This document shows, one piece after another, positions 9,582 to 18,741 of a stretch of 64,000 nt of DNA; position 1 is the first letter of the stretch; each line of letters opens with the position of its first letter. The position numbers were made by a program, and so were the translations under genes. Source of the stretch: Christensenella sp. UBA1685. Its GTDB lineage: Bacteria > Bacillota > Clostridia > Christensenellales > CAG-138. The DNA lies in contig DCKB01000008.1 of assembly GCA_002320595.1 (NCBI GenBank), positions 995-64,994 on the forward strand. Reading direction: 5' to 3'. The notes under the pieces are model-generated. The model was not told where the DNA came from and did not search any database. It saw nothing but the letters and a program-made list of their open reading frames with translations.

Positions 9582-9806
9582 TCACGCGATCTGAGCTTCC
9601 ACGCAACGGATCAACTCCGCTACGCTTGTAATGTGTTCATCATCCTCAACGATCATGTCGAACTGTTCTTCCACTTCAAGGATGATCTCCGTCAGATCCA
9701 GTGAGTCGATCTCACCCTGACAGGCCGCAGGATCTTCCGCGATTGCATCCGCAGCAATCCCCGTTACTTCGCTTACGATCCCGCAGATCTTTTCTACATT
9801 TGTCAT
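9582..9806 (-). CDS. acyl carrier protein (stand-alone)
   Basis: 74 aa, acidic. It carries the phosphopantetheine-attachment motif IDSLDLTEIILEVEEQF (DSL serine). Confidence 0.8.
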   Translation of the reverse strand: MTNVEKICGIVSEVTGIAADAIAEDPAACQGEIDSLDLTEIILEVEEQFDMIVEDDEHITSVAELIRCVEAQIA

Positions 9807-9882
9807 GATATGACCTCCGAATGATAGCGAATGCTTGCGCTTTCTTTCATTTTATGCCGCAAGCCAAGAATAATACTTTGCA

Positions 9883-9911
9883 AGTGTAGCGCGCATGGGC
9901 ATTTTTGTCAA
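9883..9911 (-). promoter_or_regulatory. sigma-A type promoter for the ACP gene
   Basis: On the minus strand TTGACA (9911-9906), a 17-nt spacer, then TACACT (9888-9883), about 75 nt upstream of the ACP start. Confidence 0.5.
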
Positions 9912-10006
9912 GCCTTGCGGCACCGCTTCCCAAAAAGAGCCTTTTGCATTATACTTATACTTACTGAAAGCAAGCCTTCCGCTTGTGTGCAATTTGGAGG
10001 ATGCCC

Positions 10007-10987
10007 ATGGGGACCCAAAAAACCAAAAAGCGTAAGCGCAGAACTGTATTTTCCCCGCTTTTCGAGCGTAAATGGGGCGTTCTCGGCACATTCTGCATCG
10101 TGCTGCTTTTGTTGTTCCTCGCAATTTACCTTGCCAACCCGGAGCCGATTCTCAACAAAATCCATGCGCTTGCCGGCGTTTCCGCTCCCCCTGTGCCTGC
10201 CCCTGACGCGCTTGAGGTCTATGTGCTTGACGTTGGGCAGGGGGACTGTATCTTGCTGCGCACCCCCGGTGGAAAGGCCATGCTCGTCGATGCGGGAGAA
10301 GCAATATATGCAGCAAGAATCAAACGCTTTTTGTATGGGTTCGGCATCACGCGGCTGGATGCGGTTGTGGCCACCCATCCCCATACCGACCACATCGGCA
10401 GCATGGCCGAACTTATCAGCACCTACGAAATCGGCACGTTCTATCTTCCGGATACACCCCATACCACGGAATCCTATCTCAACATGTTGGAAGCGTTGGA
10501 ACAGGCTCATGTGCGGACCAAAACTGTTTACGCCCCGGGAACGCTGGACCTCGGCGACAAAGACGTTTCCATACGCATCCTGTCCCCGTTTGAAGGGGTT
10601 GACTATAATGCGGAGGGGATGAATAACTGGAGCATTGTGCTCCGCGTACAATACGGCGAAACAAGCATCCTCCTCACGGGGGACGCGGAAGCCTATGCAG
10701 AAGGCGTAATGCGCGCCAACCTCAAGGATCAGGACCTTTGTGCAACGGTGCTCAAGCTTGGGCACCACGGCGGATCCACCTCCTCAACGGAAGCGTTCCT
10801 CACGGCTGTTTCGCCTGAAATTGCCGTCGTATCTGCCGGAGCGGGCAACGATTATGGTCACCCACACCGCGAAACGCTCGCGCTGCTCGCAAAATACGGT
10901 ATTCCTCTTTACCGCACAGATGAAAGCGGCACGATAAAACTCATGCTTGACGGATCGGGTGTTTCCGTTGAAACAGAAAGGGAATGA
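10007..10987 (+). CDS. ComEC/Rec2-related MBL-fold metallo-hydrolase with an N-terminal membrane anchor
   Basis: HPHTDHIGS (HxHxDH) and KLGHHGGSTS motifs after one TM helix (WGVLGTFCIVLLLLFLAIYL). Start taken at ATG 10007, 6 nt after GGAGG. Confidence 0.8.
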   Translation: MGTQKTKKRKRRTVFSPLFERKWGVLGTFCIVLLLLFLAIYLANPEPILNKIHALAGVSAPPVPAPDALEVYVLDVGQGDCILLRTPGGKAMLVDAGEAIYAARIKRFLYGFGITRLDAVVATHPHTDHIGSMAELISTYEIGTFYLPDTPHTTESYLNMLEALEQAHVRTKTVYAPGTLDLGDKDVSIRILSPFEGVDYNAEGMNNWSIVLRVQYGETSILLTGDAEAYAEGVMRANLKDQDLCATVLKLGHHGGSTSSTEAFLTAVSPEIAVVSAGAGNDYGHPHRETLALLAKYGIPLYRTDESGTIKLMLDGSGVSVETERE

Positions 10988-10988
10988 C

Positions 10989-11843
10989 ATGCTGCGATGT
11001 ATGAATGAAAGCGATTTGAAGCAGGCCGCCGCGCTGAGCGCTTCCGCCTGTGCTGCGCGAGACATGCAAAGTTACCCGCTGTGCGAAGGCGCGGAAGCCT
11101 ATGAAGCAAAGTACCGCCGTTGGCTTTCGGATCCGCGCGGCGGCCTGCTTTGCTACGAAAGCGGCGGCCGTATTGCGGGCGTGCTGGGCTATGAGTTTGA
11201 GCCGGAACCCATGTATCTCCAAACCACCGCATTTCTCGCTTGGGAGAATCGCGCCGAAACATATGCCGCCTATGTTTCACACCTGCGGGAACGGTTTTCG
11301 GGCTATACTGCCTATGTCGGCCTTACGGCTGAAAACGGGCTTGCCGCCGAAGCCCTTTGCACAGCAGGCTTTGCGCTGGCGGAAGCAAGCTCCGACCTAC
11401 GCCTTTCTCCAACCGTCTTCACGCCCTGCGCGCCCGTCTCCGGCATCCAGCGCATAAGCGAGGCAGACTTCGTCGCATACGCTTCGTTCCATGATGCGCA
11501 TTTCAGCGGAATCTATTGGAACGCCACGCGCCTGCATGCCGCACCTGACGGCTGGTATATCTTTGCTTATGTGCCGGATGGAACGATCCTCGGCAGTATA
11601 TTTTTGAAAGTACAGGGAACCCTTGCGGAGGTATTCGGCCTTGCGTTTACCGGGCCGGAAGAAGCGGAAAGAGCAGCTGCGCCGCTGCTCTCCCATACGC
11701 TGCGCGTCGTCCTTTCGGAAAACCCTGCAGTTGAATCAATTGTATTTTTCGTAGACGAAGAGGACGGTCAGAGCCTCAGCGCCGCTGCCGCCTGCGGTTT
11801 TATCACATACAGCCGCTACCGGCTGTATGCGTCAGTTCTTTAG
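10989..11843 (+). CDS. hypothetical protein, possibly a tandem GNAT-fold acetyltransferase
   Basis: Coding-like 284-aa ORF starting 1 nt after the preceding stop. Its length and alternating pattern resemble GNAT domains, but I see no clean acetyl-CoA motif. Confidence 0.4.
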   Translation: MLRCMNESDLKQAAALSASACAARDMQSYPLCEGAEAYEAKYRRWLSDPRGGLLCYESGGRIAGVLGYEFEPEPMYLQTTAFLAWENRAETYAAYVSHLRERFSGYTAYVGLTAENGLAAEALCTAGFALAEASSDLRLSPTVFTPCAPVSGIQRISEADFVAYASFHDAHFSGIYWNATRLHAAPDGWYIFAYVPDGTILGSIFLKVQGTLAEVFGLAFTGPEEAERAAAPLLSHTLRVVLSENPAVESIVFFVDEEDGQSLSAAAACGFITYSRYRLYASVL

Positions 11844-13556
11844 CCTCTCGTTAATCTCCCGCACCGCATCGGCCGGAAGCTTTTTTACCGTCCGGTCGTA
11901 GGTTAAAAGGCCGTTGAGCTCATCCTCCACATCCGAAAGCTGCGTATAGACCGCGGCTGCAAGCCCTTGCTCTTTGGCGGGGAGGATTTCATTTTCATAC
12001 AGGGCGCGCCAGGCGCCAAGCAGCGCCTCCTCTGATTCAAAGCGTTTATACCCAAAGTCCTTTTTGTTAAAACAATGGCCTTCGATCCGCCGGTTATAGC
12101 CTCCAAATTCGCTCAAAAGCACCGCACGCCCCAGTTTGTCCGGGGCGAATTTGTATGGCTTAAAATATACGTGCAGGCTTTGTACGGCTCCGATGCCCTG
12201 ATCATGCCAGCCGCTTGCATGGTCAATGGTTCGCGTTTCGTCCATCGCCTGAATACGCCGCACCGCCTCCGCAGCATCAAACTGCCCCCAGCCCTCGTTA
12301 AACGGCACCCACATGGCAACCGAAGGGCTGTTGTAAAGCAGCGCAACCATCTCCTCCAGCTCATCGTAATACGCTTGCCTGCCCCGTGCATCCGCCCGTG
12401 CAAAACGGCGGTAATGCTTTTCCCCGTCCGAATGGTGCTTTCCTGTAAGGAGCGGCAGGCTGATCGTGGCAAGGCTGTATTTTCCTCCTCCGTTTGGCAT
12501 GTCCTGCCAAACCAGCATCCCAAGGCGGTCGCAATGGTAATACCAACGCAGCGGTTCCACTTTGATGTGCTTGCGCAACATATTGAATCCCATTTCCTTC
12601 ATGGCTCTGATGTCGCTTATCATCGCCTCATCCGAAGGCGCGGTATACAATCCATCCGGCCAATAGCCCTGATCCAGCACACCGGTATGGAAATACGGCT
12701 TGCCGTTCAGGAACAGGCGCGGGACGCCCGCTTCATCCTGCTCCACGCCGAATTTGCGCATGCCGAAATAGCTCTTCACGCAGTCCTCGCCCATGCGCAC
12801 TTCGCAATCATAAAGGTATGGATGTTCTGGCGACCACGGTTTAAACCCTTCCATGCTGACCGTGACCGGTACGCCCGCCGTCCCATGCTGCACCACGTCT
12901 CCGATGCGGACAATGCAGGGCAGCGCGCATTCTGCATCCTGCGGGTACGCGCATATTTCCACGGAACTTTCGTCAAAAAGCGGGGTAATGCGCAAGGCCG
13001 CAATATATTGCGCAGGCACGCTTTCGCACCAAACGGTCTGCCAAATGCCGCTTTGCGGCGTATACCATATGCCGCCGCGCTTGCGCTTCTGTTTCCCGCG
13101 GGAATGGAAGGATGCGTCGCTTTCATCGCGCACGCGCACGGCAAGCGTGTTTTCCCCTTCCTTGAGAGAATCGGTCGCATCAAATGAAAAGGGAAGGTAT
13201 CCGCCTGTATGTGTTCCCAGCTCACTCCCATTCAAATAGACCGTGGCGGTTTGATCCACCGCACCGAAGTGCAGCAGCACACGGCCGATGTTGAATCCCT
13301 GCGGCAGTGTGAATATGCGCGTATACCAAAGCGTCTCCTTCGGTTTCAGCATGCGCCCCACGCCGGAAAGCTCGCTTTCCGGCGAAAACGGCACGAGGAT
13401 ATCCCCCGCTGGCTTTTCCGGCGTTTCCCCTTCCTTTGCAATGGCGTATTGCCACACGCCGTTGAGGTTCAGGTAGCTCTCGCGCACCATCTGCGGGCGC
13501 GGATATTCCGGCAGGATCGCGTTTGGGTCAAGCGTTTCGCTCCATGCGGTTTTCAT
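11832..13556 (-). CDS. glycoside hydrolase family 2 protein (beta-galactosidase/beta-glucuronidase-like)
   Basis: The N-terminus ...EYPRPQMVRESYLNLNGVWQ, the acid/base region WVPFNEGWGQ and the nucleophile region LSEFGGY are typical of about 580-aa GH2 enzymes. Confidence 0.8.
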   Translation of the reverse strand: MKTAWSETLDPNAILPEYPRPQMVRESYLNLNGVWQYAIAKEGETPEKPAGDILVPFSPESELSGVGRMLKPKETLWYTRIFTLPQGFNIGRVLLHFGAVDQTATVYLNGSELGTHTGGYLPFSFDATDSLKEGENTLAVRVRDESDASFHSRGKQKRKRGGIWYTPQSGIWQTVWCESVPAQYIAALRITPLFDESSVEICAYPQDAECALPCIVRIGDVVQHGTAGVPVTVSMEGFKPWSPEHPYLYDCEVRMGEDCVKSYFGMRKFGVEQDEAGVPRLFLNGKPYFHTGVLDQGYWPDGLYTAPSDEAMISDIRAMKEMGFNMLRKHIKVEPLRWYYHCDRLGMLVWQDMPNGGGKYSLATISLPLLTGKHHSDGEKHYRRFARADARGRQAYYDELEEMVALLYNSPSVAMWVPFNEGWGQFDAAEAVRRIQAMDETRTIDHASGWHDQGIGAVQSLHVYFKPYKFAPDKLGRAVLLSEFGGYNRRIEGHCFNKKDFGYKRFESEEALLGAWRALYENEILPAKEQGLAAAVYTQLSDVEDELNGLLTYDRTVKKLPADAVREINERLKN

Positions 13557-14824
13557 GCTTTGGTTCTCCTTTTTAAAAGGGTTACGGGGATCGCGGTCAA
13601 AAGCAGCACGGCTGCCGCCGCAAGAAATATCGCAGGCGTTGGAACGTTTTTAACCACGCCCAGTTCCAAATAAGTCACCCCGCTATTGCGGATGACCGCA
13701 GCTCCGATGAACGGGCCGATCAGCATGGGCAGCAGCACGGCAAAAATCATCCGTACGCCCTGAAATAACCCGGCCTGCCCGGATGGCGTATAGTCGCGGA
13801 TGACGGCGGAAAGCGTGGCCGTCACAAGCATGTAGCCTGCCATCATCACAATGCCGGCGCCAATTACAAAGGCAGCGCTGCGCGCAAAGTACATCAGCCC
13901 CAGCCCTGCAAACATGCCTGCTGCCGCAGGAAGAACGCAGTTGAGCTTGCCGTACCGGTCAATCAAGCTGCCTGAAAGGATGCTGATCAAGGATGCCGCA
14001 AGCAGCACCGCACCAAGCACGAGCGCATATGCATTGAGTTTCAGATAATTCTGCATGTAAATGATGAGGTATGGAAAGAACACCTGCACCGCCACGGAGA
14101 ATACGCCGAACGCAAGGAGCGCAAGATAGAGCGCTCCGTTGCTCCGCACGACCGATGGGCGGAATCCGTATAAAATTTCAGCGAAATAATTGCCTTTGGG
14201 GGCGCCGTGCGGCGTTTCTTTTAAAAGGAAGCAGGCAAGTATGCCCGTTAACACAACAAGCGCGCCAAAGATTAAAAAGAATGCGCGCCATTCGCCCTGC
14301 TGCGTCAGCCAATCGAATCCTCCGAAGATCGTAAGCATGGAAAGCAGGGGAAGCGTTGCGAGTACCGATTCTACCTTGCCGCGGTTTTCAGGGGTAGTGC
14401 TGTCCGTAATATAGGCGTTGAACGCGGCGTCATTTGCTGTGGAGCCAAAGAACGTCATCACGCAGTCCATCACAACAACAAGCAGCGCGGCCACACTTGC
14501 AGCTTTCGCTGCGCCTGCCCACGCCGCTACGCTTTCCACACGGATGAACCCAAATGCCGCAGTGGAAATTCCCCAGAGGATATAACCCGCGCAGATGAAC
14601 GGCTTGCGGCGGCCGACCCGGTCGGAAAGCGCCCCCATCAAAAGCGTTGTGATCGTCGCCGCAGCAGCGCTTGCTGCCACCATCGTGGCAATGGCATTTG
14701 GATCGGTCGAAATTGTATTGTACAGGAACACATTGAAATACATGTTTTCGATCGTCCACGCCAGCTGCCCCACGAAGCCGATCAGGATGAAAGATGCCCA
14801 CATGCGCCCGGAAAGCCTTTTCAT
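13553..14824 (-). CDS. MFS transporter (glycoside/GPH-like), co-transcribed with the GH2 gene
   Basis: About 12 predicted TM helices. It overlaps the GH2 start by 4 nt. Start taken at MKRLSGRMW (ATG 14824), preceded by CAGGAGG; the track ORF is longer. Confidence 0.8.
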   Translation of the reverse strand: MKRLSGRMWASFILIGFVGQLAWTIENMYFNVFLYNTISTDPNAIATMVAASAAAATITTLLMGALSDRVGRRKPFICAGYILWGISTAAFGFIRVESVAAWAGAAKAASVAALLVVVMDCVMTFFGSTANDAAFNAYITDSTTPENRGKVESVLATLPLLSMLTIFGGFDWLTQQGEWRAFFLIFGALVVLTGILACFLLKETPHGAPKGNYFAEILYGFRPSVVRSNGALYLALLAFGVFSVAVQVFFPYLIIYMQNYLKLNAYALVLGAVLLAASLISILSGSLIDRYGKLNCVLPAAAGMFAGLGLMYFARSAAFVIGAGIVMMAGYMLVTATLSAVIRDYTPSGQAGLFQGVRMIFAVLLPMLIGPFIGAAVIRNSGVTYLELGVVKNVPTPAIFLAAAAVLLLTAIPVTLLKRRTKA

Positions 14825-14974
14825 ATGGCAAACCGCCTCCTGTTGTAACAAATGCTGCATGTTTTTCCATATATAGTATAACACAGGGTGCCGTGGCGGT
14901 AAATGCAAAATCCGCCGTTTAGGGTGGGTTGTGTGTTTTGCCTGCCGCAACACATTTAATTTTTGTTTTCCGTT

Positions 14975-15003
14975 TTGCAAAACCTGCGTCTTTGTTTTAC
15001 AAT
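14975..15003 (+). promoter_or_regulatory. sigma-A type promoter upstream of trmK
   Basis: TTGCAA (14975-14980), a 17-nt spacer, then TACAAT (14998-15003), 28 nt before the trmK start. Confidence 0.45.
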
Positions 15004-15030
15004 AGAATCAGAAAAGCAGATGGAGGGTTC

Positions 15031-15753
15031 ATGCAGGTTCATCTGAGACCGCGGCTCGCAGCTGCCGCATCGTTTTTATGCGGCTTCGGAACGGTTGCGG
15101 ACATAGGTTCTGACCATGGCCGCCTTGCCGTTGCATTGTTGCAGCAGAGCGGTGTAAAGCGCGTCATCGCTTCGGACATAAGCGCGGATTCGCTTGCCAA
15201 GGCGCGTGCGCTTGCCTTGCGTTGCGGCGTTTCGGAGGAGCGGTTGGCGTTCTCCGTGTCCGACGGGCTTTCACACCTTGCGCCCGGCGAAGCGGATGCG
15301 CTCGTGTTTGCGGGAATGGGCGGCGAACTGATTGCCCGGCTGCTTGAGGAGGGCACGGCTGTTGCGCAGGCAGCGGAATGCATTGTAATGCAGCCGATGG
15401 GCGGCACGCTGGAGCTGCGCCGGTTTCTGTTGGAGCAGGGCTATTCCCTTGCAGATGAGCAGCTTGTGCTGGATGCGGGGCGTTATTATCAAATCATCGC
15501 GGCGAAACCGGGGCCTGGCCAGCCGGCTGATATTCCGTGCGATGCGCTTTTGGAATTTGGCCCAATTGCTTTTGCAAAGCGCGACCCAGCCCTGTATCCG
15601 GCGCTTCTGCGCTGCCGGGACAGCAGGCTCCGCCGCATGCGGAAAGCGGAACAGCGGGGCATCGTTCCGCCGCAGCTTGCGCATGCGTTGCATGGCGTGC
15701 AGGAATTGTTGGACATTTTGGAACATGAGAGGCAAACGAATGAAGTTAACTGA
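15031..15753 (+). CDS. trmK: tRNA (adenine22-N1)-methyltransferase TrmK
   Basis: MQVHLRPRLAAAASF...VADIGSDHGRLAVALL is the TrmK/YqfN signature N-terminus. The gene is followed by nif3, as in other Firmicutes. Confidence 0.8.
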   Translation: MQVHLRPRLAAAASFLCGFGTVADIGSDHGRLAVALLQQSGVKRVIASDISADSLAKARALALRCGVSEERLAFSVSDGLSHLAPGEADALVFAGMGGELIARLLEEGTAVAQAAECIVMQPMGGTLELRRFLLEQGYSLADEQLVLDAGRYYQIIAAKPGPGQPADIPCDALLEFGPIAFAKRDPALYPALLRCRDSRLRRMRKAEQRGIVPPQLAHALHGVQELLDILEHERQTNEVN

Positions 15754-16513
15754 GTTTATTGCAGCAATGGAGCACATAGCACCGCCCGGCCTTGCGATGG
15801 ATTTTGACAATGTCGGCCTTTTGCTTGGCACGGACAGGCGTGAGATCACTCGGGTGCTCGTTGCGCTCGATTGTACGCCCACAACCGCACAGGAGGCTGT
15901 AGACTGGAACGCAGATCTGTTGCTGACACACCATCCCCTCTTTCTCGACGGGGCAAAACGCATTCTGCCCGGTGATCCTGCGACGGCTGGCGCATACATC
16001 CTGCTACGCCACGGCATCGCGCAGTATGCCGCCCACACAAACCTTGATGCTGCGCCCGGCGGCGTGAACGATTGTCTGGCCGATGCGCTCGGCATTTTCG
16101 ACGCCGCTCCCCTCCCGCCGGAAAGCCTCGGCCGAATTGGCATGCGCGGCGCAAACATTCCCGAAACGCTCGGCGCTTTCGCCGCGTTTGTCGCAGAGCG
16201 GCTTGGCACAGCCGTACGCGTATGCGGTGATCCGGTTTCCCCCGTTTCGCGCGTTGCGCTGATCGGCGGCGCGGGCGGCAGCGATGTGGAAGCTGCCCAT
16301 GCAGCCGGTGCGGATACATTTGTGACGGGCGAGATTAAGCACCATCAAGCGCTTGCCGCGCGCTTTTTCGGTTTGAATGTGATCGAGGCCGGGCATTATG
16401 AAACAGAACGCGTCGTGTTGCTTCCTTTGATCCACCATTTACAGGCGCTCACGAATGATGTACAATATAGGTTGACGCTTTCGGAAGCCGCGTGTCTTGG
16501 CCGGATTGAGTGA
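15740..16513 (+). CDS. Nif3-like dinuclear metal centre protein (GTP cyclohydrolase 1 type 2 homologue)
   Basis: MKLTEFIAAMEHIAPPGLAMDFDNVGLLLG...LLLTHHPLF...TGEIKHH motifs. It overlaps trmK by 14 nt. Confidence 0.85.
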   Translation: MKLTEFIAAMEHIAPPGLAMDFDNVGLLLGTDRREITRVLVALDCTPTTAQEAVDWNADLLLTHHPLFLDGAKRILPGDPATAGAYILLRHGIAQYAAHTNLDAAPGGVNDCLADALGIFDAAPLPPESLGRIGMRGANIPETLGAFAAFVAERLGTAVRVCGDPVSPVSRVALIGGAGGSDVEAAHAAGADTFVTGEIKHHQALAARFFGLNVIEAGHYETERVVLLPLIHHLQALTNDVQYRLTLSEAACLGRIE

Positions 16514-16559
16514 TTTTTCGGAGGCCGACACGGTCACTATAGATATAGGAGGTACTGCT

Positions 16560-17279
16560 ATGAACAAACTCGATGCGCTTTGGGAATACCAACAGGCCGA
16601 GCTCGCGCTCGAAAAGGTTGAAGCCCGCATCAAAACCACCCCCTCCCGCCAGAAGCTGAACAAGCTGCACGCCTTTTTAAGCGAGCAGCAGACGCTCATT
16701 GCAAGCATCCAGAAGCAAATTGATGCGCGCAGGGCTTCCGTTGATAAGCTCGCCGCACAGGTCGATGAATTCGAGCACCGGTATGAGCTTGAGCTTTCCG
16801 AATTCACGGTGATGGAGCGCGATGAGGAATGCACCGCAGCAGAAATGACGGAATCACGCCGCTCTCTCGAAGGTCTGCTTTCCCAAGTGGATTCCGCCCG
16901 CCGCGACCTTTACGACACGCTTGCATGGATCGAAAAGGCGACTGCGGATTACAAGGAAACCTATGCAAAAGCCGGTAAGGCCAAAAAGGAATACGATGCG
17001 GTGCGCAAACAATGTGAAGATGAAATTGCCGCCGCACAGCCCGAGTTGGATGCAGCGCAGGCGGTAGCGCAAAAATGCCGCTCCACAGTGGATCCTGTAC
17101 TTCTGAAAAAATATGATGCGGTAAAAACGCATCATGCAGCCCCCATGGCCAAGGTGGAAAATAACCAATGCGGCGGCTGCAACATGTCCCTTCCCACCGC
17201 TACGGTGAAACGTGTTGCGGCGGGCACAGGGCTCGTTGAATGTGAGAACTGCGGAAGGATCCTTTACACACAGCAATAA
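16560..17279 (+). CDS. coiled-coil protein with a C-terminal C4 zinc ribbon (COG1579/DUF164 type)
   Basis: A long heptad-rich region followed by CGGC...CENCGRIL. Its position between nif3 and rnpB is a recurrent arrangement. Confidence 0.7.
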   Translation: MNKLDALWEYQQAELALEKVEARIKTTPSRQKLNKLHAFLSEQQTLIASIQKQIDARRASVDKLAAQVDEFEHRYELELSEFTVMERDEECTAAEMTESRRSLEGLLSQVDSARRDLYDTLAWIEKATADYKETYAKAGKAKKEYDAVRKQCEDEIAAAQPELDAAQAVAQKCRSTVDPVLLKKYDAVKTHHAAPMAKVENNQCGGCNMSLPTATVKRVAAGTGLVECENCGRILYTQQ

Positions 17280-17288
17280 TTTGTTTTT

Positions 17289-17658
17289 AACGAGTAAGCC
17301 AAGTGGCTGCGTGCGGGTTTGTCCGCATGAGGAAAGTCCGAGCTCCATAGGGCAGGGTGCCGGATAACGTCCGGCGGAGGCGACTCCAGGGAAAGTGCAA
17401 CAGAAATATACCGCCTGCATTCATGCAGGTAAGGATGGAAAGGCGAGGTAAGAGCTCACCGGCGGCTTGGCGACTTGACCGCCCTGTAAACCCCACCCGG
17501 TGCAAGATTGGAATGAGAGCGCTTGCGGTTTTGCCGCAGAAATGGCTGCCCGTCAGGCTCTCGGTAATCGCGTGAGCGCATCGGCAACGATGCGCCAAGA
17601 TAGATGGCCACACGGCGGAGCAATCCGCTGACAGAACTCGGCTTATGGCTTGCTCGTT
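17289..17658 (+). ncRNA. rnpB: RNase P RNA (bacterial)
   Basis: Universal elements are present: GAGGAAAGTCCGAGCTCC, GGGCAGGGTGCCGGATAACGTCCGG, ACAGAAA, GTAAGAGCTCACC and ACAGAACTCGGCTTAT. P1 pairs AACGAGTAAGCC at the 5' end with GGCTTGCTCGTT at the 3' end. Confidence 0.92.
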
Positions 17659-17671
17659 AATATAAAAGCGC

Positions 17672-17706
17672 GCGCCCCTCTCTTTATAAAAGGAGGGGCG
17701 CTTTTG
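17672..17706 (+). terminator. intrinsic terminator after rnpB
   Basis: GCGCCCCTC-(12 nt)-GAGGGGCGC followed by TTTTG. Confidence 0.7.
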
Positions 17707-17772
17707 TATGGCATGAAGCGCGTGTACAAGGCATATGTATAGTACAAACTACGGATACGGGGGATTCATACC

Positions 17773-18741
17773 ATGGAATACAGGCGGAAAAGAAGGGCGT
17801 CCTCGCGCCGGAAAGCTTCCGGCCGCGCCGCTGCGCGCAGGAGCGGCAGCACTTCATCCGATGCAGGGCGGGCGATTGTGTCCCTGCTGATGGTCGGTGC
17901 AATCGTCTATCTTGTTTCGGCTTCTGCAGCCGGCACCTGGATTGCTGAAAACGTAATGGCGCCGATGATCTCCGCTTTTTCAGGAAAAACCAATGGGGAT
18001 TCGGATGGTTCGCAAAGCGTAAGCGGCGCCCCAACGCCGGATGGGAGCCTCTCCACGGCGGTTGATCTATCCGCAGGGGCTTCTTCAGGCGCCACCGTCA
18101 GCGCACAGGTTTCTTTGCCGGCGCTTGACTGCTTCATGCTGCAAATGGGTGTCTATACTTCCAAATCCAACGCGGAAGCGCAAGCGGAAGCTCTGCAGGC
18201 GCAGGGGGCTGGCGGCTATATTCTGGAGGACGCATCCACCGGGGAAACACGCTACCGCGTCATGGCCTCCGGGTACGACAGTGCTGAAAGCGCAAAAAGC
18301 GTTAAGACGCGCCTGGTAGGTGAAGGGATCGACTGCACGGTATATGAGCTTTCCACTGCCGCTGCAACGTTCCGGGTAACCGCTTCGGAGGACCGCATTC
18401 CTCAGATCGAATCCGGTTTTGCCGCACTTGAAAAGGCGCAGAGCGCGCTCTCCACTGCGGCAATCGATTTTGATAAGGAAGGCATGAGCGTTGAGCAGGG
18501 AAAAACACTCTCCCTTGAAATCCTTTCTGCATTGGAATCGGACATGGGTGGTTTGCTTTCCTTTGATGGAACGGATGGCATGCTTTCCCAGCTTCTGGAT
18601 GCCTACCGGGACACGAAAGCCTCTCTGCAGGCCCTTTCCGGCGGTTCTTATGAAAGCATTGTGGATTTCTCCGCCCAATTAAAGCATACGCAGCTTTATG
18701 TCACGCATCGTTATGCGCTTCTTACGGATGCGCTTGTTTGA
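17773..18741 (+). CDS. SPOR domain-containing membrane protein
   Basis: Arg-rich N-terminus, one TM helix (IVSLLMVGAIVYLV), and a SPOR-like region (LQMGVYTSKSNAEAQAEALQAQGAGGYILE...YRVMASGYDSAESAKSV). Confidence 0.7.
   Translation: MEYRRKRRASSRRKASGRAAARRSGSTSSDAGRAIVSLLMVGAIVYLVSASAAGTWIAENVMAPMISAFSGKTNGDSDGSQSVSGAPTPDGSLSTAVDLSAGASSGATVSAQVSLPALDCFMLQMGVYTSKSNAEAQAEALQAQGAGGYILEDASTGETRYRVMASGYDSAESAKSVKTRLVGEGIDCTVYELSTAAATFRVTASEDRIPQIESGFAALEKAQSALSTAAIDFDKEGMSVEQGKTLSLEILSALESDMGGLLSFDGTDGMLSQLLDAYRDTKASLQALSGGSYESIVDFSAQLKHTQLYVTHRYALLTDALV

Noticed and set aside
12075-13187. 370-aa + strand ORF
   Set aside because: It is antisense to the GH2 gene and is an Arg/His-rich artefact.
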